A stretch of DNA of 64,000 nt, from assembly GCA_023213395.1 (NCBI GenBank), contig CM041465.1, positions 172,801,741 to 172,865,740 on the forward strand, read 5' to 3'. A program made the position numbers and the translations under genes. The DNA is from Cycas panzhihuaensis (taxonomy: Eukaryota; Plantae; Cycadophyta). Under the pieces are notes generated by a model. The model was not told the DNA's origin and did not search any database. It saw only the letters and a program-made list of their open reading frames with translations. This document shows, in pieces, positions 51,801 to 64,000 of this stretch; position 1 is the first letter of the stretch; each line of letters opens with the position of its first letter.

Positions 51801-54800
51801 TATACCCTTCATCCTGTTGCATTCTAAGGCTGCGTGAAGATCCATTTGTGGAGGGTTTTGCCATCCTAAGGCTAGCCTCCCTTTCTCGCTTGGTATGCGT
51901 TGTCTTTCTTTTGAGGAGAGCAGAATTGCTTTTAGTAGTAGTTCCACTAATTTAAAATACAAAACTTTAGCATTTATATTATATCTTTGTCTATATAATA
52001 TCTTGCATCTTGGCAGCCCCTTTTTGGAAGAGAAAACCCCTTTGTGGTTGCAAGTTTGCTGCAACACTTGTGAAAGGAAAGAATGCACAACCCCAGCTAA
52101 GTCTTCACCCTTCTTTCCTCTTCCGTCTTTTCGCTTCTTTGCATGATTTTAGCCTTCTTTGCTTTCCTGCTTCGCTTTGTCCTTTGTACGGGGAAGGTAA
52201 GGGAGCCCCTATTTCATTTTTGCTCCAACTTTAGTTACACACCAACTAAGGACGGGAGGGCATACGTTGCATGCAAGTGAGATTCTTCGTCAACCGCTCC
52301 ACTTCTCAGGTACGCATCATCTCTCTCCCTTCACTTCCCACTCTTTTGTGCTCTTATCAAACATATATTATATTTGTATAATAAGCCACATAAAAGTAAA
52401 AAGGGTAATAAACCAACTACTTGTATTTGCCTTATATATGCGTGTTGCGTACTTGTTTTTGTAGAAGAGGGGCATAGTAGGAACTACACTCCTCCCCCCA
52501 TTTTCTTCTACCTAAACTGAAAGCACCCTTAGTTACATTTCACTTAGCTTACATGCTTGAATGCATACGAAACACTTGTTTCCCTTTCTTTCCTCTTTGT
52601 CTTTTATCATTGAAAAGAAAAGAGAGAGAGGGAGAGAAGCTCTTAGTCACCCTTTTTGCCATTCCTTTCCTTGGTTAGATTTGCCTTAGGCTAATTGGCC
52701 TAAGGGAAGCCTGTCCACACTTGTCTTAGGCCCTCTGCCTATTGTACCCAGACTCATGTTCCTTCGCCATAGGAACCCCTCCTTTGAGGGTCTCTCCTCC
52801 TCCCTTCCGGCCATCCAAGGGTGGGAGAACCTTACCATTTGGGATTATCTGAGACACCCTTGTGTGTATCTCTCCTCTCGGAACTGAAAGCAAAAGTTAC
52901 TCCGAGGAAGTTAGGCACCATTCGCGGATCCCGAACTCGCGCTCCGGCGCATGGACGCCCTATGTGGTATTCTCTTCTGCTTATAGGACCCCATCTATAC
53001 CCCATCATTGGTTGTTGAACATCTCAATTCCTACTAAGCGTAGTGACCATCCCGCAGACGCGATTCCAACCACATGGCCTCTTTGTTGTAAATTTCTATT
53101 GTAGTTCTAATTTTAATTTCTTAGTTGATTTTGGTTCCTTTGTTGCCTATTTTGTTGACCACGTATGTTGTTGCGACATTAGTTTTGACCTTGATTTTAG
53201 TCTCCTTGTTGTTTAAGGTTTATTTGTAAAAGCTACAGATTAGATTGCCTCTTTCTATAATTGGGGATAACATGTCCAAGTTTGTCATAATAGAAGTAAG
53301 TAATATTCTATTTTCTCTACTATTTTTTGGTCTATTGTGGTGATTGATTCAAGTTTAACGAACCAAACTATTAGGCGAGAGACTGCTGAATAGGTTGTTT
53401 CCTCCCTCAATTTCTAGTTATACATGTGGAAGCAGTGTTATAAAAAAATATTGTTCCTTGTCAATTTAAGATACCTTCATCCTTCAACAATAGTCCTTCT
53501 AGGGTATGAAAGTCTACGGTAGCAAAGTCATTTGATAAATAAAATATAAAGCTATTATACATAGAAGGAAGAACACTGACAACATTAGAAACAAAGTCAT
53601 TTTCAGAAGGAGCTCCTTCAAGAGTAGTAAGCTAGTTCTTGATGGCTTTAACTTTAGTCGTGTGAAGGTATGGAGCCAATAAAAAATATGGAATATAAGC
53701 ATGCTTTTAGTATGATTACTCTTGAGTCATCCGTTTACTCATAAAGTGAATATTTGATGTCTCATGCCTCATGAGATGCATATATTGTTTTAATGTTTTG
53801 GTCTACATTGTCTTCTATAATTAAGTATATGAAGGATAGAGCAAGATTATCTTTGGCTCTAAGAATAGTAAAGGCAACATGGTCTAGAGAGATTATGTTA
53901 TTTAGATTGGTTGGTCAGGTGTGGGAGCAGGTTTAGGTATGTTACCTAATATATAGGTTCAAAACTCATTCATGATCAAAAGGTGTTTGACTTATTTCTT
54001 TTAAGCAAAAAAATTATTACTCCCAAATAATTTAATTATGTTTGAAATAAGCATTTTTACTACCATTGTGTATTATCTACCTAGTGGTTTATTAAGCTAA
54101 AATACTAAGTTTTAATATCTCTAAAGAAGCCCTCAATTGTTATTCTGTTTAGTGGTACTTGCCAATAGATAACAGTTCATGGAGTTTATATATATTGGTA
54201 CGTAAGCAAGTTAAGCTTGATATACCTCGCTATGTGAGTGTAGAAGGCTTGATTGTCCCTTTAACCCTATGAATCCACTTATGCCAAATTTATCCTAAAT
54301 AAAAGATCTAACAAATGATTGAAACCAAGACAATAACCCCTTCAAATATTAGCTTGGTCTATGAATACCAAAAGAAATGGATTTCATACCGCAATTCGTC
54401 ATTTGATACACCTGATAGCAAGTTGTCCTTTGACTTATTTATTTAGATGAATATAATTTATGTATGTGAGAGTGATTACTTCAAGGGTTCCAACTGTTCC
54501 TGTTACATGATTGGTAGTTTTGTTATTTAATTCAAAATTATCTTGCTTAATATTTCATATTTAAATTTCTATTAAATAGTATTGTTTAAGGTAAAAAGAT
54601 AAAATTTTAATGAATTTCATAAAGGAGATAACTTAAAGCAACAAAACTAAATGAATAAATGACAAAGAAAAGGTGAAGAGTGCAAAGCAAGGAAGGGGTC
54701 ATTATTGAAAAGTAGAAAGTAGGCCTTTCCTGAATAAGAAACACATTTGCATTAACAATGTACCATGCACCATTAGCTAAAAATGAGTGAAAAATATATG

Positions 54801-56250
54801 TAAAATGATAAAAATTCACTTTATATTGTCCTCTATTAAAAAACCCTTTAGAATAGTATAATAAAACTTTCAATTGATGAAAAATAACTTAAGAAAACTT
54901 ATTTTAAACTTAAAAAGGTTCAATTAAAAAGAAAATATAGCTTGGATATGCTAAATTTGATATTCTAAAGCTGATACACTTTAGAAATTGAAAAGATAAA
55001 GTGTATTGTTAAAAAATAGAACATGTAGTGGCAAATTTTTTTATGCTTTAGAGACTGATATCTTATCAATTGAGTAATGGATTTGAATTCCATTAGTTGT
55101 TGTGCATTTGCATCATCAAGAAGACACAAATGAATAGTCATATACTAATGTTTTGTTAAATGAAACAATGTTTAGCATCAAAATTCTCCAAGAGGGACGT
55201 ATGACCTGCCAAAGGAAAAATCGACTTTAGAAATTGATAAAATACTTGAAGCCACAATTAATAGGCCTAGATCGAGTCTTATTAATAGTGCATAGGCTCT
55301 AGAGTTTGAAATGAAGTGAAACGAGGCTTAAATAAACTATGGACAACTATTTATAGTTAAACGGGGTCGTGTGGGTCTATTTGAGTGAAAATGGACCAAC
55401 TGAGCACAAAACAACCACGTTCACTAGCGTATACACATTAGGTCCAAGGGTTTTTACTCTAAAAAGTGTTAGAACGAGCTGTAGAAAAGCCAAGAAGTAA
55501 ATTTCTACTATGGACAATTGGAAAGGAGCTTATAAAATTTGGTAACTGGTTCTAGCAGTTGAATAAAACTTTTACAATAAATAACAAATAATAAGGGAGT
55601 TATTGGCAGTGCCCAGGACTGTGTGGTAACCTGTTACCTGCTTGTAAGATGAGTGTTTGCTAGAGAAAGTAAAAGAAACTAGCTCTGATACTAAATGATA
55701 AAGTTAGAATTAATCTAACTAATGAAAATTAATTTTAATAGGATCTTTATTCTCTTAACCAACATACGATAAACTCATCAACATACAAAGCATATTAAGT
55801 ATATATTAAATGAACACAAGATATAAATAGAGAATTAGAAATTATCTCTAATATAAAAGAATAACCATATCAAATTGATTGATGATTGATACATAACTCT
55901 AGTAGAGTTTGGACTCTCACAAAAAAAAAGTTCACATGAGTGTAGACATGGCCTTAATTTATAGAGAGCGCAATGTTTATCACTTACAATAGGTGGATGT
56001 GGATTGGACCTCATATTACATAGGTTTCAATGGATAGTAATGAGATTTAAAGTGGGGTGTTGACCCTCAACTAAAAATTACAACATCAAGTCATAACTTA
56101 AGTTACAATTGTATTTTATCTAAGCAAAGTGACCAACTTTATAAAAAATTATATGAAGGAGTCATTACATTTTAATAAAGACTACTATAATTCTTAATAT
56201 AAACCCCTAAAACTACTAGACATCTGAAGACACATAGGGTGAACTTACAA
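48880..56250 (-). mobile_element. Copia-7: 5' half (5' LTR, PBS, leader, gag, PR, INT); RT/RH/3' LTR missing; interrupted by a solo LTR; outer limits approximate
   Basis: PBS gctctgatacta at 55682-55693 with LTR from 55696. gag 'KLFGSNNF' ~54030 and UBN2-like 53500-53780; knuckle 'FYYDKLGHV' ~53290; protease 'S*LINSSATHHLT' ~50150; integrase 'TPEEAWS..KPTVPHLRTF' ~48980. Confidence 0.82.
50258..53074 (+). mobile_element. Probable 2.8-kb solo LTR (long Gypsy-type LTR) inserted between the gag knuckle and protease of Copia-7
   Basis: TGTCG...CCACA termini; sharp rise in GC and CpG; TATA-like gggtatatatccc at 50913; no coding motifs; Copia-7 is collinear on both sides. TSD imperfect (tggac[a]/tggcc). 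Confidence 0.65.
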
Positions 56251-57149
56251 CAATAGTACCTCTTGAAGATTAATAAGCATACAAGCAATAATACAATACC
56301 TATATATAAAGCATCGCAACTTCAATTATTCTTGTCCAACCTTCAACCAAAATTCTAAATTCAACACCAGTTGAGTCTATCTCCTAATTTTAGTCCACTT
56401 AATTAAAAAAAAAAAATAGAGAAGGCAAGTAGAGTCTATAGGGCCACTTCAGTGAATACTTTTTTGTTTTTGAGAAAACATGTACCATTAGATTTACAAT
56501 TATTCACGGTAAAAAGATTTACAATTGTACTGATTAGTTTGCACTAGGTTAGTTTTAATAACAATTTTTGGTGAAAATTGCCTATACAGTGCCTACGGAC
56601 TTAATAGTAAAAAAATTCACTTATACCATTTTAATGAGCTTTTCGCATTTGTTCCAATTCAATAGATGATTTCTTTTTACCTATTTTCAAAGTTAATGGG
56701 TTATAGACACCCCATTGCCCCCCCTTTCCCCCCCCCCAACTCTCTCTCTCTCTCTCTCTTCCTTCCCTTAAATATAATCCCCACTTATTAAATCATTCTA
56801 TCTATCTAACCTCGCTTTGGTACATTCCCTTCTATCTTACTCATTTCGTTTTCTTATATCCCCATTTTTAAAATTTTATCCTACTTCCTATAATCCCCTT
56901 CTTTTTACATGATGCCACCTACATCTCAAGCAAAACGTATTTCAATATTATAAACTTTGTTCTTGGAATTTCAAAAGGAAGTAAACGCCAACATATCTTC
57001 TCTTACATCTAAGTTGGATATCATAAAAATACTAAACTAAATAGCTCAGATGTTAGCGTAATCATCTTAGTCAAATTCTTAATTCTCAAGCAGCATGCCT
57101 CCAACATGGCATTCAAGTAACCCTCTTCTATGCTAGTTGCAACTTCACC

Positions 57150-60100
57150 ATAAGATTGATATTCCTACCTTTGATTTGGATCTAAATAAAGACAATGCTC
57201 ACACATAGATAAATAAACTCGAATTCTACTTTTCTCTTAACCCAATGACTAAAGATGAATAACTAACATTTGCATCTATTCATATAGAAGGCCAAACACA
57301 TCATCAGTTCTATTGGCAGCAATAAGAAACCCGCAAAATAGGACATGGATAAATTTCTTTGCATATTTTTTTAATCAGTATGATGCCACTTAGAACCAAT
57401 TTGTTTTCAATCAACTTATAAGACAAAAACAAGTGTCCTTAGTTGAAGTATATATAGATGAGATAATCCTTATAGAATTGTATCTCCTAAAGTTTGGACA
57501 AGCAAACTTAGGTAGACACTTATATTACAAGCTTAAAAGAGTGCATCCAAATGTGCCTAAGAACCATAGAAATCTTAAGTCTTAGAAATAGGATATGAAG
57601 GGTCAAAGCAGTTGAGGTAGAATTTGTAACAGAAAGAACATCTTTCTTCCAAGGAGATACTACATGGTGCTAACGACTGCGATAGGGTAAATTTCCATAT
57701 CAATGACCCCAAGTGAGTGACTCACATGGACCTGCTACAAAACGACTTTAAGAAGAATCCACCAATAAACCAATTCAAGTCCTACCTATAGAGGTACACT
57801 TTTGTATTATAGCTGGCCTCTGTGTCCAATGCTTAGGCAAATAGACCCTTAGACATGATAAAGTTTGTAAAGCCAAGAAAATGATCTTCACAATAGGTTC
57901 TAGCCTGTCCTCGAAAGATGACTCTGACTCTGAACCAGAATTTGATGAAGAACTCCATTAAGAACCCCTCTCAACGTTTGAACCAGAAGCCTCCTTATTT
58001 GGAGTAGCATCCTCTTTATGCTTCAAACCATTACATGTAAAAGGAACACTTAAGAAATACCAATTATTATTCTGATTAACTGTGGTATGTCACTGAGCTT
58101 CATAGATATTTCTTTGGCCAAGCAATTAAATCTTTATATTATCCTAAAGACTAGATTCACATATTCCTTGCTTGACCATTATAAATTTCATTGTGTTGGT
58201 ACTTATAAGTTAACTTTTGACTTTTATGCCTTGTCTATTGGTGGATTATGCACTACTTTTAGAGTTTAGTGGCTCCAAATATTAGGTACATACAACACGA
58301 ATAACTCCCCTACCAATCCACATTAATCTCATTTAAGGACTAGATGGGACAAACCCACAAACTCTATAAAATACAACCCCCCTTAACAAACTAATTTTTC
58401 CAAACCAAATGAGGAAACAATTAAGCAACTAAGTAGGTTATTATACATACCAACAACATCCAAGCCTATACAGACATTCATCTTGACATTCGACACATCC
58501 TTAATAAATATCAAGTTGTTTTTGCCCCCTTATTGGCTGGCCTCCCACCAAATCATTAGTGTTACTATACCATTGGGCTAAAAAATCCCCACAACCCTAT
58601 CAGTCTTCGACCTTATAGAAATTTTTACTTTCAAATGAACGAGATTGAAAAGATTACCAATGAACTAATGAAAATGAGAGTAATTTAACTCAACAAAAGT
58701 TTATATGCTACCCCTATTATGTTAATTTGAAAAAAGGATGGTTCCTTTAGGTTGTGTGTCGATTATTAGGAATTTAATAAATTGATCATAAAAAATAAGT
58801 TTTCCACCCCTAAAATTGACAATACGTTAGATGAGATCCATGGCGCTACAGTCTTTACCAAGTTGGATCTCTAATCTGGATACTATCAAATCCCAATTGC
58901 ACCTAAAGATCGTTATAAACTGTATTTCGTACATACCATGGCCACTTCAAATTTTATATTATACCTTTTGACTTGTATAATGCCTCGATGACGTTTTAAT
59001 TCCTCACGAACAAGATATTTGCCCTGTACCTTAGGAAATTTGTTATTGTCTTCTTTGATAATATCCTCATCTATAGCACAAGCATGACCATTCACACTTA
59101 CCTTTTAGAGAGAGCCTTTAAAATTTCAGCCAAACACCAATTACATTCTAAGCTCTCTAAGTGTGAGTTTGGTAGGTCTGAACTATAACACTCTAGCCAC
59201 ATTATCTCCACAGAAAGTATTCAGGTTGACCTTCACAAGATAATAGTTATTACAAACTAGCCATCTCCAAAAGACCTTATCTAATTATGTGCTTTCTTAA
59301 GGCTCACATAATTTTATAGGTGATTCATCTAGAATTATGCAACCTTAACAACACTATTAATCAATTTACTCTAGAAAGATTCTTTCCAATAATCACCCAC
59401 TGCTGATGATGCCTTTATTTATCTTAAAGAAGTCATGTTCTCCACTTTGATTTTGGCCACACCAGACTTCTCTCAACCATTGCAACTAGAATACGATGCA
59501 TCAGGCTTTGGCTTGGGTGCAGTTCTTATGTAAAATTTACACTCGATTACTTTTGAAAGTCGAAAAATTAAAGACCATGAGTGTAGGTTGACTACCTACC
59601 AAAAAGAAATAAAGGCCATTCTCCATGCCATCAAGAAACGACAACAATATCTCATTAGATTCAAGTTCACCATCTTAATAGATCACCATAGCCTCCATCA
59701 CCTATTAGACTAGTCGATTTTGTCTGAGCAATAGGTTAAATGGTTGGAGCGTCTCCAACTTTTTAATTTCACAATCATTCATAAGAAAGGCCAAAATAAT
59801 GTAGTGGTAGATGCTCTTTCCTACCTTCCAATTAACTCGTCTCTCATTCCTTCTTATGAATTCACCATTCATCCCATCTCTACTCTACATCCCATATGGG
59901 CACAAGACCTGGCTTAAGAAAACCAGTCCCAACTAGATTATTATAAATGGGCTAACAAAGTTCATACTAAAAAAATTGGTCCATATAAAACAATATCATT
60001 CTATATAGAAATCGCATATTCGTCCACCTAACTTTTAACTTTATTCCTCAACTCTTAGTGGAATATCACTATACTCTGTTAGGAGGCCATTCCAGATTCA

Positions 60101-61703
60101 ACAAAAACTATCCACGGATTTATTCTGACTTCTTCTAGCCATACATGAAATCATCCATTCTAACATTTATTTTAGAATGTGATACATGTCAATATGATAA
60201 AGATGACACCAAAGCCCAACCAAGTCTATTACAATCATTATACATTCCACAGGCGAAATAGAAAGATATTGCCATAGACTTATAAAGAGTCACCCTTTAT
60301 CTGTTAGGTATGACTCCATAATAGTGGTCATTGATCACTTGATAAATATGCGTACTTTTTACTACTCTACACTTCATATAAAGCATCACGCATTACATTT
60401 TTGTATCTTCAAATGATATTTTACTTATATGGCTTTCTATCAACCATAGTATATGACTGAGATCCAAAATCCACCAGATCTTTTTGGAAAGAGCTCTTTC
60501 GAACCTCAAGTATATCATTCAATATGAATATTGCTTACCATCCCTAAATAGATGGCTGATCAAAAGTTCTTAATAGAACATTAGAAGCATACTACATGCT
60601 TCTAAATACTAAAAAAGAGTCATTATGGCTAGCCCTAGCAAAATATTGGCATAATTCCTCTAACCACTTAGCCATAGGGATGTCACCATTCATGGCCATT
60701 TATGGGTACCCACCGCCAACCCACCATATATTACCAACTAAACTTCACATTGCGATAATACAATAAAAACTATAATATATGGGTCAAATTCTACACACCC
60801 TTAAGAAAAACCTGGTTGTAGCTTAGAATCGCATAATGTAATTATTAGGTCATCACTGTTTGGATTGCTCCTTTGACATTGATGATCTTACGTTCCTCTG
60901 CCTTCAACCATACAAACAACAATCACTGAAATATCATAGAAATCACAAGCTTAGTCCTTGCTACTATAGCCCTTATAAGGTCCTTTAGCGTGTTGGTGAA
61001 GTAACCTATACTTTGAAACTCCCACTTAATACCAAAATTTATAATGCCGTTTATGTTTCTTACTTCAAGAAATATCTTGGCAAGGGCACAACCCCAAAAA
61101 CACTCCTACCTGTCTTGGATGAAGAGCAAATTTTCACAGCTCCTCCTGAACACATATTAACAAGTAGACAATGCCATCATTGAAATAGGGCAATTACTGA
61201 GTAGTTGGTACAATGGACTAACTTCAAATAAAATGAGGCAACTTGGGAATCAACAGACTTTGTCAAGTAGTATCCGCATCCTATTTGTTTCAAGAATTTA
61301 ACATCTTAAGGGAGGGATTTGTTACATGACCATATACAGCTAACAAAACCAAGACACTAGCACTCATGGCTAAGACACTCCAAGGTTAAGTGCTAGTCAT
61401 TAACTTTTGTATGTAGACCTCTAAAACCACCAATGAAATGTAAGGTCGATTGGCCTGGCAATAGGGTTATAGGGAAAAAAACCACCAATGAAATGTAAGG
61501 TCGATTGGCCTGGCAATAGGGTTATAGGGAAAATGCCATTTTTTATCTACTTAAGGGCCACAAATTGTAAAAGAAAGTTGTTATGTAATCATTTTCTCTT
61601 GAAAGATTGATACTTCAGTACTCTTCAATCCTTTTTTGTGTCCAGTTGTGCCTTTTGGTGTTCTTCAATTTTATAATTAGCTTCTTTTGATAATAATATA
61701 ACA
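57150..61703 (+). mobile_element. Degenerate chromodomain Gypsy (Reina/CRM-like): gag-PR-RT-RH-INT-chromodomain, PPT and 3' LTR; 5' LTR not found
   Basis: gag 'INKLEFYFSLNPMT..FASIHIEG'; PR 'LINCGMSLSFID'; RT 'KKDGSFRLCVDY', 'FTKLDL*SGYYQI', 'VFFDNILIYS'; RH 'EYDASGFGLGAVL'; INT 'AYHP*IDG'; chromodomain 'E*LVQWTN..EATWE'. PPT aagggaggga, LTR from 61320 (end tentative). Confidence 0.88.
61423..61533 (+). repeat. Perfect 55-bp tandem duplication within the Gypsy 3' LTR
   Basis: aaaaccaccaatgaaatgtaaggtcgattggcctggcaatagggttatagggaaa occurs twice, head to tail. Confidence 0.95.
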
Positions 61704-62234
61704 ACTACTTTTTCTTGCTTACTTTTCCATTATCAATTCTATGTGTAAGCAAAACTAAGATAGTCATATCCCACTTGTTGTGGTGTTGACTTTGTAGCTT
61801 TTTGATCTATGAGAGTTTTTTTAATAAAACGTAAATTACAAATTCTTATGTGTAAGGAGCAAAACATTAAATTCATATTAAGAAGATTAAAAATTTTTTT
61901 AAATCAAGAGCTCACCTGAAAGATAATCTCCTTCATTCTTATTTTCTCTTTCTTGTTATTTCTATTTAATTAGTCTGGAAGTTTGCTTGTTTCAAATTTT
62001 CATATAGTTACATACAATTGATAAAAGAGGAAAGCCAAGTATAAGAGTGCTTGGACTTAGATTCTTGGTTTGTTTGTTTCCTTTTTAATAGACTTACTTG
62101 TGAGGATATGCTTGTTTCATTTCTACAAGTTGTCTGCATAATTAATATATAATAGATTTACATGTTGTTTAGTTTATTTGTTTGACTTATTTATATTTAT
62201 TGCTTGTATATGCTTGATCACATTGTCAACCCCT

Positions 62235-63988
62235 TGTAATGGAAACAACATTCATAAAGACTATCACCCCCACATGGACAAAATTGGTTATCAGAACAAT
62301 ATTGACTCATTATAGATGTATTGGATAAGAAGAGTTAAGGAGATACAAGAAGAGCAACAACCTTTTCTTTTAGTTGGAGATATAAGAAGACCCGTAAGAA
62401 TTTCTTGGAGTTGTTAAACAAGGCCCCTAATCGAGAGCTCTCGTCATTAGCTAAGTATGTTTGGTGATAAGTCGGTATGTGAAGTGAGGTGTGACTAAAT
62501 GCCAATTTCCAAACCTTAGACAACACTCATTCAATACCAAGGGGTATAAGATAAGTAGCGGGATTGTATATGTTTTCTTTTTCAATTTCTCTCATCTTCT
62601 TATATCCCTTTTGATTTTTCTCAACAAAAAAAGAAAAAACATTAGAAACAAAGCATGAGTCAAACCTATGTTCATGAAATTTCACTTTAAGTCTCTAGGT
62701 TGCTTATGTTTTACAAGTTGCACGTTGAGTCAACCCTATGTTGTATTTTTTATTGAACCTCTATGGACCTTTTTGTTGTGCAATTGTTTAGTTCTTCCCC
62801 TTCACACCCCCTCTTCCTGTAAGAGGGCTAATTTGCTTGGGACCCCCCAAATCCCAAGCAAACACCTTGATCAAAGGTAGTTGTAGGCCTAAGGTGACTA
62901 ATTGTTGGAGAAAATGGATTCATAAATATAAGTTATACAGGTGGCAAGTGATTCAACTTTTAGGCATCTAAATTTTTGGCTTTAATCTTCTAGATCTCTA
63001 TCTACATATAGGTTAGATGCTCTTATGTATTTTTGAGTATCTATGTCATTTTGGCTCTCTAACATGGTGAATGCATGACAGCATTATAAAACTATAACTA
63101 TCCTACTGAAAGGAATTCTACCATGGTTGATGTGTGGGTATTTTTCCCTAACAATGGTATTGTAGTATTTTATTCCATTATGAGTGTGTGTGAGCTTAGA
63201 TATGGCAACATGCCTGAGACTAATGTAAGCCAATTTTAAACATGGTGAAATTTCGTGCATGATGTGCCATTGCCAGTTCCAGCCTACTATGTTACCATCG
63301 TAGGATACCTTGCTACAATTACTATAGTGTAAATCAAAGTTGCAAAGCTTATGATGATAAGGTTATGCTATGTCTATTTATGCAATTATGGAGCCATAAC
63401 ATTTTTGTTGTTGAACCATAGAGCTCTATATAAATCTTGCATGTTGGAATGGTGATGATCGTTAAGCCACAGTGATAAATCTATGTGCTATACATTTAAT
63501 AATTGTCAAGTTGTCATGTTTGTGTTTTGATGATATGAAAAATGAGATGAGAGTCTAGAGCCTACTAATCAATACTTCTTTGTTTGTTTCCTAGATCTAA
63601 ATTCATGAATGAATTCTCCACAAAAGTTTCCAATTGGTTGAGTGGTGAATACCCACTAAGCAATCTAATTTTTTCCCACATAGATAAGTTCTCATGTTCT
63701 GATTCTATTTGATTACTTTTATGAAGTTATGCAATGGTTTATTAAATTGTATTTAATTACTCTTTTATGAGATGTTTTATGCATTGATGATGATACTGAA
63801 TTATGTATGTATGTTTGTTAGAGAGGGCCTATCATTTGCATTATAGTATCACATAGCTTTCATACATAATCATGTATCTCCAAACTTCTTGAATGACATG
63901 TTGCTTGTTGTTCCTATGATTTCATTGCATTTGTTTTCTTGAGCTCACACAATCATACATGAGTGGTCATTTTAGGTGGTATCAAAGC
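62235..63988 (+). mobile_element. Probable 5' LTR (~1.7 kb) plus tRNA-iMet PBS of an LTR element continuing beyond the window; LTR start tentative
   Basis: tggtatcaaagc at 63977-63988 after ...catttta+gg; candidate start tgtaatg at 62235; non-coding and TG/ATG-rich like Tekay-type U5 regions. Confidence 0.55.
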
Positions 63989-64000
63989 AGCTGTTTTGCT

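Noticed and set aside
50389-53104. Cluster of short ORFs as a gene
   Set aside because: No recognisable domains or consistent frame; expected by chance in a GC-richer LTR.
61423-61533. CRISPR-like repeat
   Set aside because: Two abutting copies with no spacers, in a plant retroelement context.
62285-62297. Additional PBS (tggttatcagaac) marking another element
   Set aside because: Has an insertion and a mismatch, with no recognisable gag downstream; too weak to call.

Overview
AT-rich, heavily C-to-T-decayed plant heterochromatin (gymnosperm-, fern- or lycophyte-like; taxon not determinable here). It consists almost entirely of nested, dead retrotransposons, and I found no intact host gene. 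Resolved elements: an Athila/Tat-like Gypsy pol remnant with a downstream extra-ORF relic; two L1 LINEs with C-terminal RNase H; two chromodomain Gypsy elements; seven Copia elements (four with both LTRs and TSDs); a probable 2.8-kb solo LTR; and an LTR+PBS at the right edge. One nest is four levels deep (Gypsy > Copia-1 > L1 > Copia-2). The main result is in Copia-6 (37591-44968), the youngest by LTR identity. Immediately behind its primer-binding site it carries an uninterrupted 185-codon antisense fragment of the host 3'-end-processing gene FY (WDR33/Pfs2 orthologue). The FY sequence ends inside the PBS, where the Cys-Ser-Asp codons mimic the 3' end of tRNA-iMet, suggesting capture by mRNA priming or template switching at the PBS. 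A second pattern is that all six Copia elements with a visible 3' end place their polypurine tract in the loop of a stem whose sequence differs between families, and three have a second G-tract hairpin just upstream. All identities and counts are hand estimates; no searches were run.
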